Shown here: one piece after another, positions 23,940 to 35,800 of the stretch
Layout of the letters: the number at the start of each line of letters is the position of its first letter
Position numbering within the stretch: the stretch's first letter is position 1
DNA from: Macrostomum lignano
Taxonomy: Eukaryota
Assembly (NCBI GenBank): GCA_002269645.1
Contig: NIVC01000401.1
Span: 62,001 to 126,000 of the forward strand
Direction: 5' to 3'
Length of the DNA: 64,000 bases
Made by a program: the position numbers and the translations under genes
Notes under the pieces: generated by a model
Told to the model about the DNA's origin: nothing
Databases searched by the model: none
What the model saw: the letters and a program-made list of their open reading frames with translations, nothing else

Positions 23940-26160
23940 AATGGGGCCATTTTTGGGGGGATGGGGCGATTCTTGGGGGATGGGGCGATTCTTGGGGGGA
24001 TGGGGCGATTCTTGGGGGGATGGGGCGATTCTTGGGAGGATGGGGCGATTCTTGGGGGGATTGGGCGATTGTTGGGGGGATGGGGCGATTCTTGGGAGGA
24101 TGGGGCGATTCTTGGGGGATTGGGCGATTCTTGGGAGGATGGGGCGATTCTTGGGGGATGGGGCGATTCTTGGGAGGATGGGGCGATTCTTGGGGGGATT
24201 GGGCGATTGTTGGGGGATGGGGCGATTCTTGGGAGGATGGGGCGATTCTTGGGGGATTGGGCGATTCTTGGGAGGATGGGGCGATTCTTGGGGGATTGGG
24301 TGATTCTTGGGAGGATGGGGCGATTCTTGGGGGGATGGGGCGATTCTTGGGGGATGGGACGAATTTTGGCGGGATGGGGCGATTCTTGGGGGATGGACGA
24401 TGGCGATTCTTGGGGGATGGGACGATTCTTGGGGGATGGGGCGATTCTTGGGGGATGGGGCGATTCTTGGGGGGATGGGGCGATTCTTGGGAAAATGGGG
24501 CGATTCTTGGGGGATGGGGCGATTCTTGTGAGGATGGGGCGATTCTTGGGGGATGGGGCGATTCTTGGGAGGATGGGGCGATTCTTGGGGGGATGGGGCG
24601 ATTCTTGGGGGATGGGACGAATTTTGGCGGGATGGGGCGATTCTTGGGGGATGGACGATGGCGATTCTTGGGGATGGGACGATTCTTGGGGGATGGGGCG
24701 ATTCTTGGGGGATGGGGCGATTCTTGGGAGGATGGGGCGATTCTTGGGGGATGGGGCGATTCTTGGGGGATGGGACGAATTTTGGCGGGATGGGGCGATT
24801 CTTGGGGGATGGACGATGGCGATTCTTGGGGATGGGACGATTCTTGGGGGATGGGGCGATTCTTGGGAAAATGGGGCGATTCTTGGGGGATGGGGCGATT
24901 CTTGGGAGGATGGGGCGATTCTTGGGGGATGGGGCGATTCTTGGGGGATGGGACGAATTTTGGCGGGATGGGGCGATTCTTGGGGGGATGGACGATGGCG
25001 ATTCTTGGGGGATGGGACGATTCTTGGGGGATGGGGCGATTCTTGGGGGATGGGGCGATTCTTGGGGGGATGGGGCGATTCTTGGGAAAATGGGGCGATT
25101 CTTGGGGGATGGGGCGATTCTTGGGGGATGGGACGAATTTTGGCGGGATGGGGCGATTCTTGGGGGATGGACGATGGCGATTCTTGGGGGATGGGACGAT
25201 TCTTGGGGATGGGGCGATTCTTGGGGGATGGGGCGATTCTTGGGGGATGGGGCGATTCTTGGGGGATGGGGCGATTCTTGGGGGGATAGGGCGATTTTTG
25301 GGAATGGGACGATTCTTAGGAGGAATGGGGCGATTCTTAGGGGGATGAGGCGATTCTCGGAAGGGGGGTGGAGCGATTTTTTGGGGGATGGGCCGATTGT
25401 TGGGGGGTTGGGGCGATTCTTGGGGGGATGGGGCGATTCTTGGGGGGATGGGCCGATTGTTGGGGGTTGGGGCGATTCTTGGGGGGTTGGGCGATGGCGA
25501 TTCTTGGGGGATGCACTGATTCTTGGGGGATGCACTGATTCTTGGGGGATGCACTGATTCTTGGGGGGTGCACTGATTCTTGGGGATGCACTGATTCTTG
25601 GGGGATGCACTGATTCTTGGGGGGTGCACTGATTCTTGGGGGATGCACTGATTCTTGGGGGATGCACTGATTCTTGGGGGGTGCACTGATTCTTGGGGGA
25701 TGCACTGATTCTTGGGGGGTGCACTGATTCTTGGGGGATGCACTGATTCTTGGGGGTGCACTGATTCTTGGGGGGTGCACTGATTCTTGGGGGTGCACTG
25801 ATTCTTGGGGGATGCACTGATTCTTGGGGGGTGCACTGATTCTTGGGGGATGCACTGATTCTTGGGGGGTGCACTGATTCTTGGGGGATGCACTGATTCT
25901 TGGGGGTGCACTGATTCTTGGTGGGTGCACTGATTCTTGGGGGGTGCACTGATTCTTGGGGGTGCACTGATTCTTGGGGGGTGCACTGATTCTTGGGGGG
26001 TGCACTGATTCTTGGGGGGTGCACTGATTTTTGGGGGTTGGGGTGATTCTTGGGGGATGCACTGATTCTTGGGGGATGCACTGATTCTTGGGGGATGCAC
26101 TGATTCTTGGGGGATGCACTGATTCTTGGGGGATGCACTGATTCATGGGGGTTGGGGTGA
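23940..26160. repeat. Compound 18-21-bp G-rich minisatellite: GGGGGATGGGGCGATTCTT (to about 25500), then GGGGGATGCACTGATTCTT
   Basis: About 110 copies between RPS23 and OTUD6B with an abrupt switch of unit type at about 25510. Confidence 0.95.
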
Positions 26161-26438
26161 TTCTTAGCCGATACGGCGAAATTCTAAAGCCGGTAGATGG
26201 GCCGATTATAATGGAAGCTCTATATTCATTTATCTCTTAATCTGGCCTAAATCTGCACAAAAACGTCAAAGAAATAAAAAGACAAGCAACGCAAGCCAAT
26301 TGATCCAATCCCAGTAGCAGTTGAACTGAACTCAAATCTTTCATCGTATTCGATTATCATCATGCAGGCATCATTGAGCTCATTGGCAATCAATCAAGCT
26401 ATCCATCGGCCGTCACCACATCAATCAATCAATCACAA

Positions 26439-26870
26439 CTAGCTCCTCGGTCGCTCCTTCTTGCCGCGGAACAGAGCCCACAGCGACACGTTGGCCACCT
26501 TGACAATCTTGAACCGGACGCCGGGGATATCGCCGACGGCGTGGCCGGCCCGGCCAAATCCGGACACCAGCACTTCGTCGTTCTCCTCGATAAAGTTCAA
26601 ACAGCCGTCGTTAGGCACGAAAGCGGTGATCTTCTTGCCATTCTTGATCAGCTGAACTCTGACGCACTTCCTAATGGCACTGTTAGGCTGCTTGGCTTCA
26701 ACGCCGATCTTCTCAACTACGATGCCCTTGGCGTGGGACGCGCCGCCGAACGGGTTGGCCTTCCAACGGGTGCCCAGGTGAGACTTTTTGTAGTCCTTGT
26801 CTGCCCAGCGCTGCTCGCGTCTGTTGTTGCGTAGCTTGCGGGCTGTGCGAATACCGGCCGGCTTGCCCAT
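26439..26870 (-). CDS. RPS23: 40S ribosomal protein S23 (uS12), 143 aa, no CDS intron
   Basis: Near-canonical sequence [13 protein letters not shown]...[23 protein letters not shown]...GDIPGVRFK...KKERPRS; GCCGCCATGG context. Confidence 0.99.
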   Translation of the reverse strand: MGKPAGIRTARKLRNNRREQRWADKDYKKSHLGTRWKANPFGGASHAKGIVVEKIGVEAKQPNSAIRKCVRVQLIKNGKKITAFVPNDGCLNFIEENDEVLVSGFGRAGHAVGDIPGVRFKIVKVANVSLWALFRGKKERPRS

Positions 26871-27014
26871 GGCGGCTGCGGGGCGAGAAGGGCAGTTTAT
26901 GTATTCAATACCCTACTAACAGTAGCCACTTGTGTCTATGGAAATTTAAAATATCTATAAAGACCGAGTGATAAGCTGTGTCTGTTTAGTGTCTCGATGA
27001 TACTCCTAAAGAAA

Positions 27015-28235
27015 AACCCTGACACTACCCGAGAGACCCTGACACACCTCAAGAAACCCTGACACGCCTCAAGAGACCCTGACACACCTCAAGAGACCCT
27101 GACACACCTCAAGAGATTCTGACACTACTCAAGAGACCCTGACACACCTCAAGAGACCCTGACACACCTCAAGAGACCCTGACACGTCTCAAGAAACCTT
27201 GACACTACTCAAGAGACCTTGACACTACTCAAGAGACCCTGACACTCCTCAAGAGACCTTGACACTACTCAAGAGACCCTGACAAACCTCAAGAAACCTT
27301 GACACTACTCAAGAGACCTTGACACTACTCAAGAAACCCTGACAAACCTCAAGAAACCTTGACACTACTCAAGAGACCTTGACACTACTCAAGAAACCCT
27401 GACAAACCTCAAGAAACCTTGACACTACTCAAGAGACCTTGACACTACTCAAGAGACCCTGACAAACCTCAATAAACCTTGACACTACTCAAGAGACCTT
27501 GACACTACTCAAGAGACCCTGACACTCCTCAAGAGACCTTGACACTACTCAAGAGACCCTGACAAACCTCAATAAACCTTGACACTACTCAAGAGACCTT
27601 GACACTACTCAAGAGACCCTGACACTCCTCAAGAGACCTTGACACTACTCAAGAGACCCTGACAAACCTCAATAAACCTTGACACTACTCAAGAGACCTT
27701 GACACTACTCAAGAGACCCTGACACTCCTCAAGAGACCTTGACACTACTCAAGAGACCCTGACAAACCTCAAGAGACCTTGACACTACTCAAGAGACCTT
27801 GACACTACTCAAGAGACCCTGACACTCCTCAAGAGACCTTGACACTACTCAAGAGACCCTGACAAACCTCAAGAGACCTTGACACTACTCAAGAGACCTT
27901 GACACTACTCAAGAGACCCTGACACTCCTCAAGAGACCTTGACACTACTCAAGAGACCCTGACAAACCTCAAGAAACCTTGACACTACTCAAGAGACCTT
28001 GACACTACTCAAGAGACCTTGACACTACCCAAGAGATCCTGACACACCTCAAGAGACCCTAACGATACTCAAGAGACCCTAACGATACTCAAGAGACCCT
28101 AAGGATACTCAAGAGACCCTAACGATACTCAAGAGACCCTGACACTACTCAAGAGACCCTAACGATACTCAAGAGACCCTGACACTACTCAAGAGACCCA
28201 GACACTTACTCATGAGACCCTGACACACCTATAGA
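27015..28235. repeat. 20-bp minisatellite (GACACTACTCAAGAGACCCT)
   Basis: About 60 copies in 20-bp register with 60/120-bp higher-order patterning. Confidence 0.95.
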
Positions 28236-28889
28236 GAACCTGAAATTCTTCTAGAATATAATTGGCATGAACAGTTCCGTTATGGATATAGGAAATAACT
28301 AAATAAGTTGAGGAAAAATAAGATAACTAGTTGGTATGAAACATATTGAACAGATGTTATATTAATAATTATGAATTACAATAGAATTAGCACTCCTACA
28401 TATATCCATAATAATATCAAATTCAAAAACAGCGCGATAAATAATCACTAACTTTGACAAACAGTTGGAAGTATTAAAACAAATTTTAAACAGACGTACA
28501 AAATAGTAAAATTAACTGAGGAACAGATTTGGCTGACATATATAATAGAATAAGCGCAAATATGAAAATTAGTTAAACCAAGGCACCCAATTTAAATCTT
28601 GGCGAGCTATTAAATAATTGCAGATCGCTAAAATGCAGACTAAAAAGATCACCATTATATCAGTAGTACTTGTGGTTTTTTCCGAAAAAGATCAGAAAAT
28701 TACAAATCAAACAGTTAAAGATGCGATTGGTGAACATGTTTGCTGAATATTCTACACGGAAGGCCGTAAGAACTACGTATATTTTGTAAACAAAATAAAA
28801 ATACTAGAATTCCCTATTCTAAAAAACTAGACTCTAAAAAAATAAAGACTTCTTTTATTCGTCATAAGTTAGTACTAAATTAACATTGT

Positions 28890-29165
28890 GGGAATTCTAG
28901 GGCTGTTCTAGACACACGAGTGTACATTGTGGGGAGGCTAGGGTTGTAGATGCACACGAGTGTACATTGTGGGGAGGCTGGGGTTGTTGCTTGTTGTAGA
29001 TGCACAGGAGTGTACATTGTGGGGACGTTGGGGTTTTTGTAGACGTGCATGAGTGTACATTGTGGGGAAGTTGGGGTTTTAGACACACACGAGTGTGCAT
29101 TGTGACTCTTGTGAGGAGGTTGGGTTGTTATAGATGCACTCTAATGTACATTGTGGGGATGATGG
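28890..29165. repeat. Degenerate approximately 40-bp repeat (GAGTGTACATTGTGGGGA core)
   Basis: About 6 copies; reverse complement shares CCCCACAATGTACAC with the 2140 and 3370 arrays. Confidence 0.8.
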
Positions 29166-29829
29166 TTTTTCTCCAAGTACACAATAGAACAAAGGTTGGA
29201 GCTATTCCGCAGAAAAGAGATGTGCATTGTACATGTAAAAAAGGAGATAAGAAAACTAAAAGGAGATTAGATTGCGATTGGTATTAAAAACATAGCAGTG
29301 CCATTATACGGTTCTTTGCTAAATTATTTTGTGCATATTTGGATCAATACACTATAAAATATTGTCAATAATAATTTGCAGCCAAATAATTCGCACTAAT
29401 ACATGAAAAAAACTAAGACTATAAAATCTGCCAATCAAGCCAATACAGAAAAATAATTCGATTAATTGCATATGATAAAGTATAAATTAGAAAAGTTTTT
29501 GGTAGTATGCAACGTACAGAGAAAATCTCTTATCGAAATATCGATGCGTTGGCTCTGAACTATAGATGAGATGAGTGCGGCAGTGAAACTGGGATGCTGT
29601 TTATTGTGTGCCCGTTCACTTCATTTGGAAGCCTCAAAAAGACTTTAGATAACCATTGATGGACGAAGAAACAGACAAGCGGTTAGACGGAGACACGACA
29701 CTAAGACAGACAGACAGACAGAGGCAAATAGATTGACACAGGCAGACACTAAATCAGACAATAAAACTGAAAGACAGCCAGAACTGCGCGCACTGAATAG
29801 AGCCCCAGACCCTGCAGCAAGCTATATAA

Positions 29830-32800
29830 CTACTGTTTCTTTGGCTTCCCCTTATCCGGAGCCGTTACGCCACCGCCGCCGTGCCGGATGCCGTAATAGT
29901 CGCTGCTCAGGTAATAATCAGTGACAGATATTCCGCGCTGTCTGCTATGCCGCTTCTTAGCAAAGAATACACACAGGAATACGATGAAAAATGACGACAG
30001 TACCTGCGCAGGGGAGTGGGGCAATCAAAGCTTCATTTTTGTAAACATGAAAAATACTCGTAACTTTGTATCAAGCATTCTTTCCAGGTCCTTTTGTTGG
30101 GGTCACTGTCCCCTTCCAGGTCCTTTTGTTGGGTCACTGTCCCCTTCCAGGTCCTTTTGTTGGGTCACTGTCCCTTTCCAGGTCCTTTTGTTGGGTCACT
30201 GTCCCCTTCCAGGTCCTTTTGTTGGGTCACTGTCCCCTTCCAGGTCCTTTTGTTGGGTCACTGTCCCCTTTCCAGGTCCTTTTGTTGGGTCACTGTCCAC
30301 TTCCAGGTCCTTTTGTTGGGTCACTGTCCCCTTCCAGGTCCTTTTGTTGGGTCACTGTCCCCTTCCAGGTCCTTTTGTTGGGTCACTGTCCCTTTCCAGG
30401 TCCTTTTGTTGGGTCACTGTCCCCTTCCAGGTCCTTTTGTTGGGTCACTGTCCCCTTCCAGGTCCTTTTGTTGGGTCACTGTCCCCTTCCAGGTCCTTTT
30501 GTTGGGTCACTGTCCCTTTCCAGGTCCTTTTGTTGGGTCACTGTCCCCTTCCAGGTCCTTTTGTTGGGTCACTGTCCCCTTCCAGGTCCTTTTGTTGGGT
30601 CACTGTCCCCTTCCAGGTCCTTTTGTTGGGTCACTGTCCCCTTCCAGGTCCTTTTGTTGGGTCAATGTCCCCTTTCCAGGTCCTTTTGTTGGGTCACTGT
30701 CCCCTTCCAGGTCCTTTTGTTGGGTCACTGTCCCCTTCCAGGTCCTTTTGTTGGGTCACTGTCCCCTTCCAGGTCCTTTTGTTGGGTCACTGTCCCTTTC
30801 CAGGTCCTTTTGTTGGGTCACTGTCCCCTTCCAGGTCCTTTTGTTGGGTCAATGTCCCCTTCCAGGTCCTTTTGTTGGGTCACTGTCCCTTTCCAGGTCC
30901 TTTTGTTGGGCCAATGTCCCCTCCCAAGTCCTTTTGTTGGCTCAGTGTCCCTTTTTATAGGTCCTTTTGTTGGGCCAATGTCCCCTCCCAAGTCCTTTTG
31001 TTGGGTCACTGTCCCTTTCCAGGTCCTTTCGTTGGGCCAATGTCCCCTCCCAAGTCCTTTTGTTGGGTCACTGTCCCCTTCCAGGTCCTTTCGTTGGGCC
31101 AATGTCCCCTTCCAGGTCCTTTTGTTGGGTCACTGTCCCCTTCCAGGTCCTTTTGTTGGGCCGCTGTCCCTTTCCCAGTGTTTTGCAGGGCCGCTGACTA
31201 CCATATAGACACGAAGCTAGAGTTCGCGATCCTACTTACCGAGTAGATCACCCAGAGGACAATGTACAGCGTGACCGTTCTTTCAAAAAAGTGCCGACCG
31301 AACTTTAAACAGACAATGGCTTCGGTGATGACAATTGCGCTGTAAGGGATGGATTCACAGACTAACAGTAATATTTCTGACATGCTTGTATAAACGGGCA
31401 AGACTGCAAAAGCTTACACAAATAGCCACAGCTGAGTACCAACGCGTGTAACCAATGGATCCGTGACGTACAGATAGTACTGACTGCAACGTTTTAATTA
31501 CATTACAATAGGTCAGGTGGGATACCAACACACAAATGTCAGAAACTCCATGTCAGGTGGGACACCAACCCAATGTCAGAAACTCTCTGTCAGATGGGAT
31601 ACCAACCCAATGTCAGAAACTCCATGTCAGGTGGGACACCAACCCAATGGCAGAAACTCCCTGTCAGATGGGACACTAACCCAATGTCAGAAACTCTCTG
31701 TCAGATGGGATACCAACCCTATGTCAGAAACTCTCTGTCAGATGGGATACCAACCCAATGTCAAAAACTCCCTGTCAGGAGGGATAACAACCCAATGTCA
31801 GAAACTCCCTGTCAGGTGGGACACCAACCCAATGTCAGAAACTCCCTGTCAGGTGGGACACCAACCCAATGTCAGAAACTCCCTGTCAGGTGGGACACCA
31901 ACCCAATGTCAGAAACTCCCTGTCAGGTGGGACACCAACCCAATGTCAGAACCTCCCCAAAATCGCATACCGGATGCCGGGAGCACTAATTGTGGATATC
32001 AACGCCAGCCTAGCCATAGTGGTCACGTGACCAGGCCGCACAATGAAAATATGCTTCAAAAAGAAGCAATTAAGCTCGGCAATTTGCCACAGTACAACAA
32101 GAATTGAGACGCCAATAACGCGCATAAATGAACTCTCGGGGTCGAGCCAGCGGGTTGGAGTCCAACTGGAAATCAAGGTGTGAAATCTTATAGGACTTAC
32201 AGGTGATAACGACTCAATTAGAAGGTTCATAAATGATTAAATACCTGCCGGGTGTAAACTGAAAGAATGCGCGCTTAATTTTAGCGGAAGTCGAACTCAA
32301 TGACCTGAAAAATTTCGTAGGGACAAAATACTTCACTTTTTTAAATTTGCGTTGAAACTCAGAAGTTAGAACTGAAATAGCTATTAGTCTGTGATAGGGG
32401 CGAGTAGAAAGAGTCTAAAGAAGACTTATCAAAACAGTTTTCAAGATAATAGCAGAAACATTAGGATAATATCTGAAATAATCTTCTATACAATCCCAAG
32501 CATACGATTATCAGGAAATCAACATAATCTCGGAGAGATTATCAAAATAATCTCAGAGATTATCAACATAACCTCAGAGAGATTATCTACATAATCTTAG
32601 AGACGTTGTCAACAATCTTAGAGAGATTATCAACATCTCAGAGAGATTATCAACATCTCAGAGAGATTATCAACATCTCAGAGAGATTATCAACATCTCA
32701 GAGAGATTATCAACATCTCAGAGAGATTATCAACATAATCTCAGAGATTATCAACATAATCTCAGAGATTATCAACATAATCTCAGAGATTATCAACATA

Positions 32801-35800
32801 ATCTCAGAGATTATCAACATAATCTCAGAGATTATCAACATAATCTTAGAGACGTTATCAACAATCTTAGAGATTATCAACATCTCAGAGAGATTATCAA
32901 CATAATCTCAGAGATTATCAACATAATCTCAGAGATTATCAACATAATCTCAGAGATTATCAACATAATCTTAGAGACGTTATCAACAATCTTAGAGATT
33001 ATCAACATCTCAGAGAGATCATCAACAAAACCTATCAGAGAGATTATCAACATAATCTCAGAGTTTATCAACAGAACCTCAAAAGAGATTATCAACATAA
33101 TCTCAGAGTTTATCAACAGAACCTCAAAAGAGATTATCAACATAATCTCAGAGTTTATCCACAGAACCTAGCAGAGAGATTATCACCAGAACCTATCAGA
33201 GAGATTATCAGCAGAACCTATCAGAGGGATTATCAACAGAACCTATCAGAGAGATATCAGCATAGCCTCAGAGATTATTAGCAGAACCTGTCATTAAGAC
33301 GGATAACAAAGCTCACCGAATGCTCTCCCAGTGATAGCTGCGCATTTCCAACCAGCGGCACAGTTGCATTCCAATAAAAATGCCCACCCCGTTGCACACG
33401 AACACGTCTAGAATGACAATGTCCCACCAGCACTCTTGAAAGTTGGGCAATATATGCGAGAATGCCATCTCGGTAATTTCCCAATTGATTGATAGCAGCC
33501 AGGTTAGACCGTAGTGCCTAAGCAATACGGCTTTCATTACCCAGCCAAATAGGTGAGCAACGGCGAATACGTCCAGGTGAGAATAGAGTCTGGACAGAGT
33601 GATTTCGGAGCAATTGGCCGCGTATTCCTGCGTAAGAAGTTTACATACATAGATGATGAAATTAAAAGTACAAAAGCTTTTACAAAGCGTTGCAGTACCA
33701 AGTTTTTCAAAAATCACTCAGAAAATAATAAACAAAACATCTATTTCTAACCCTATATGATAAACGAACACCATCCTTTATAATAGATGGACATCTCAGA
33801 TTATCAGTAAATAATAATAACAATAATACTAATTACACACACCTGCCCCGATTGGGCCAATGTGCAACCCCGACAGCTCAGCCGCAGCTATTGCGTAAGG
33901 CTGCGTACGGCTGTTCAGTCCAAGGACTGGGGGGGGGGGTCACCAAACACACCCTCAATTACCCCAGATAATTGCTGGTATTTTACAGCTGGGTGAACTT
34001 AAGTGTCTTGCTCACAAGGACACAAATTGTTAGAGTGGGATTGGGAATCGAACCCCCGACCTTCAAGCTGAGTCCAATGCTCTAGTCTAACCACTAGGCT
34101 TCAACCCCATACCATATCCATTATCAGTGAACACTCCATATAATAGATGTACGTCTCTGATTTTCAGTGGACACCCTATACACTGTATTAAACGGACACC
34201 TCTGCATTTTCTGCAGACAAAGCCAGCTGATCAATAACTAGCTAAATACCTTATCCAGAATATCATCGTATGTCATATTGGCCAGGTCAGGGTACATCCA
34301 AACCAGTGCCCGCCTGGCGTCCTCATAGCTCAGGAAGCACACAAAGACCATGACAAGAAAGTACAGCACGCTGATGCCTAAAATAAAAAGTATAAAGATT
34401 TCTTGTTCTTGTAATAGCTTATAATGGCTCTATTCTTTAGTTAAAATATTCTAAGAAATTAGAATAGCCAAATTAAATACTGACCAAAAACCACACGCCA
34501 AATGGCTGGATGTGGTCGAATAAATGGCCCTAAAATGAAGAAAAAAAATATATTATTCATATTCCTGAAGTTACAATAAATAGGTACTACAATTATAAAT
34601 CAAACTTACCATTTGGCATAACAAGTATAGAAATGATGAGAAAAACGGTGCATACAGCAATGCTTCCATGCCAAACATCTTCTTTTAGTGTGGTGTCAGT
34701 TCTAAACAAAGGAAATTATTAGTTTGCCTTAATTATAAACACAGCACTATGCATAGTTTATTGATGAATAATAAGTTAGTCCAATTATTTCAGTCATTAT
34801 ATTTTAGTCTAACCTTCCTGGATAGCTTATAATAACAATTAGGATCCATGATACACAGAAGCTTATCAAAAATATGTAATAGACTTTATACTAAAATTTT
34901 GTCTTCTTGTGGTAGCAATAAAGACAAAAATATATTGTAAATGTAGTATATAATAGCACCACTATAAATTAACATGCTTTGTAGTGTAATTTATTTTTAC
35001 AAAAGCCTATTCTTTAAGAAAAGAAATTTTACTTTATGGTATAGCATTGAACATGGATACAACTGGATGCAAAAATGGATACAATTTTTTATATCAAGTA
35101 ATAAAAATGTATAACTTTTTTAATTCAAAGAAGAAACACACTTTCTTTATTTTAATACTGAATTTTGAATTACTAAATTCAATAGTAAGAAGACCAATAA
35201 CTTAATAAGGTGCAATTTTATACCTTATTATATTGAAAAATCTAGGCCCATGCAATCAAGGTATAAGCAAGTTAGTATAAATTAGGGGTTGAATGAATGT
35301 GATCACAATCATAATTAAAATTTATAACCTTTTTTCAAAATCATGATTTCCTTAAAACCCATTCATGACATGAGGTCATGAATTTTTACTTACTTTTTTA
35401 TTTAAATTATAACTTTTCTATTTGATTTACTAAAATAAAAATGAGAAAATGAATGTATAAATCAGCAATGCATTTTAAATTTGTTGACTTGACAGCATTA
35501 CCAAGTATCTATTATCTAATATATAATGTTTTCTTTATTGTTTTGTTATTTTCTACACTTTTAACTTATGAGCTTGTAACACACATATATATATATTGTA
35601 TTATATGTATTATATTATATTATAATAAATGGTGAAAGAAGACAGTGCTGACAATTTAATTATATATAGTGCAATTATAACAGTGTCTATTTGGCATGAA
35701 TTTGGCAGGAATATAATTCAGATTTTGTATAAACATAAAAATAAATATAAATTCATGTTTACAATCAAGATCATGCCTAACTTTGAAAATTTCACAAAAT

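Noticed and set aside
23205-26146. 694-735-aa GW/GDS-rich and P-rich ORFs
   Set aside because: Antisense to OTUD6B plus array translation; not Argonaute-hook proteins.
34030-34108. tRNA gene
   Set aside because: Has A/B boxes but no proper acceptor stem and continues into a SINE body and tail.
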